Shown here: positions 62,780 through 64,000 of the stretch, one piece after another | Position numbering within the stretch: position 1 is the stretch's first letter | Layout of the letters: each line of letters begins with the position of its first letter | Source of the DNA: Vicugna vicugna | Lineage: Eukaryota | DNA length: 64,000 bases | Assembly: GCA_013265495.1 (NCBI GenBank) | Contig: MU058456.1 | Coordinates: 62,001-126,000, forward strand | Direction of reading: 5' to 3' | Notes under the pieces: generated by a model | What the model was told of the DNA's origin: nothing | The model's input: the letters and a program-made list of their open reading frames with translations, nothing else | Databases searched by the model: none | Program-made: the position numbers and the translations under genes

Positions 62780-64000
62780 ATTTGGTCTTAGAATCCCCTT
62801 AGACCTTTAAAAAATTATTGAGGACACTTTCAATACTGGGCACCAAAAAAAAAAAAATTACTGAGGACCCTAAGAGATTTATGGGATATCTATCCATATT
62901 TATTACATTAGAAATTAAATCTTTGAAATTTAATATTTGAAACTCATTTAAAATAATTATAAACCCATTATGTAATTATATAAATGATGCATTTCTTAGC
63001 CCCCTCCTGATGACTGGGGGTGATAAATGATGCATTTTTATGATAAAGTGATCTTTTCCAAAGAAGAATTTTGAGAAGAGTGGCATTGCTTTACATTTTT
63101 CAAAACTCTTTGATGTCTGGCTTAATAGAAGACAGCTGAATTTCCATAGCTATTTGTGCTTTCAATCTGTTGTGATATGTTTTGGTTGAAACATATGAAG
63201 AAAATCTGGTCTCACACAGATAAGGAATTGGAAAAAAGGAAACTACTTTCATAGTCTTTCTAGATAATTCTAGACATTCTTGTTTGATACTACACCAAAT
63301 TTGACATCTGATAGTTTCTTAGAGTGCAGTTGCAATGCGGACTGAACCGGAAACCATATGAATTAACTTTTTGTATTCTGCTACATTAAAATCCATTAAA
63401 ATATAATCTATCTTATATTTGGATGACTTTTTGATTTTGTAATGGCATGCATTGCTTATTTTGAAAACAGTTGTTCATTGAGGTGTAGAGATCTTCCAAA
63501 TGTTCACTTATTTTATTATATAATGTTAAAAAATACATTTGTTAATATCACTGGTATTTTTAGCAGAAAAGTCTAAATACTGGAAAGTTGTCAAGCTCAA
63601 GGAGGTGGATATATTTTATAAAATTTGGACTTTTGCATGAAAACTCAGTCATGTAAGTGCTTTTTCAGGAGATGTCCATCCTACTTGGGCATGCAGCAGG
63701 AGTACTCACCATTTCTTTACACATATTAAAAGAGGTGTGTGCTAGGGTGAAGATTTAATAAAATTAATTTTTATTCCTTTGTCAAAGACATTCTTAAGTT
63801 AAACTAGCTTGTTTTAAAAATCTTAAATGTTGTGTGCTATGAGTACAAGGAGGTGGAGAATACAAAATACCACTATTTGGCGCCACCGCCTTGATTCTTG
63901 CTTAAGGTGCCAGCAGTGACTAATGTTTTTATACCATCAGTGCAAATGTCAGCAAAGTGAAGAAGGTCAACAGAACCTTAGTAATACTATTAAGTGTTGT
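62780..64000. mobile_element. Charlie1-like hAT DNA transposon, running off the window end
   Basis: tttggtcttagaatcccctt...aaaaattattgaggac...gagaagagtggcattgctttacatttt...gtctggcttaatagaagacagctg resembles Charlie1 consensus. Confidence 0.75.

Noticed and set aside
1..64000. Prokaryotic-type systems (CRISPR arrays, operons, defence loci) or a second protein-coding gene
   Set aside because: The sequence is a spliced mammalian locus. I saw no repeat-spacer array, CpG-island promoter or second exon chain; the remaining short ORFs are intronic or repeat-derived.

Overview
Mammalian genomic DNA, AT-rich and repeat-rich, with no prokaryotic features. Positions 209-~40100 hold the 3' part of ERBIN (ERBB2IP, LAP family: LRR + LAP-specific + PDZ) on the + strand. 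I traced 17 GT-AG coding exons with consistent phases, from the last LRRs (about human aa 273) through a 1546-nt central exon, two in-frame cassette exons (144 and 120 nt) and the PDZ exons to TAA at 37551-37553, followed by a 3' UTR of up to ~2.5 kb. Six copies of a young tRNA-derived SINE match the camelid Vic-1 family, so the source is probably a camel, alpaca or llama. The downstream 24 kb is intergenic and dominated by transposon fossils, including an L1MA9-like LINE carrying a near full-length Tigger1, a Vic-1 SINE and an mRNA 3'-end retrocopy. I see no convincing new biological system. The most interesting items are the alternative-splicing architecture of ERBIN, a diverged ~190-bp intronic duplication with hairpin potential, a SINE with an apparent 3' transduction, and several tiny TSD-flanked retro-insertions of unknown origin. 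Repeat-family names and human comparisons are from memory, not database searches, and boundaries of old repeats are approximate.
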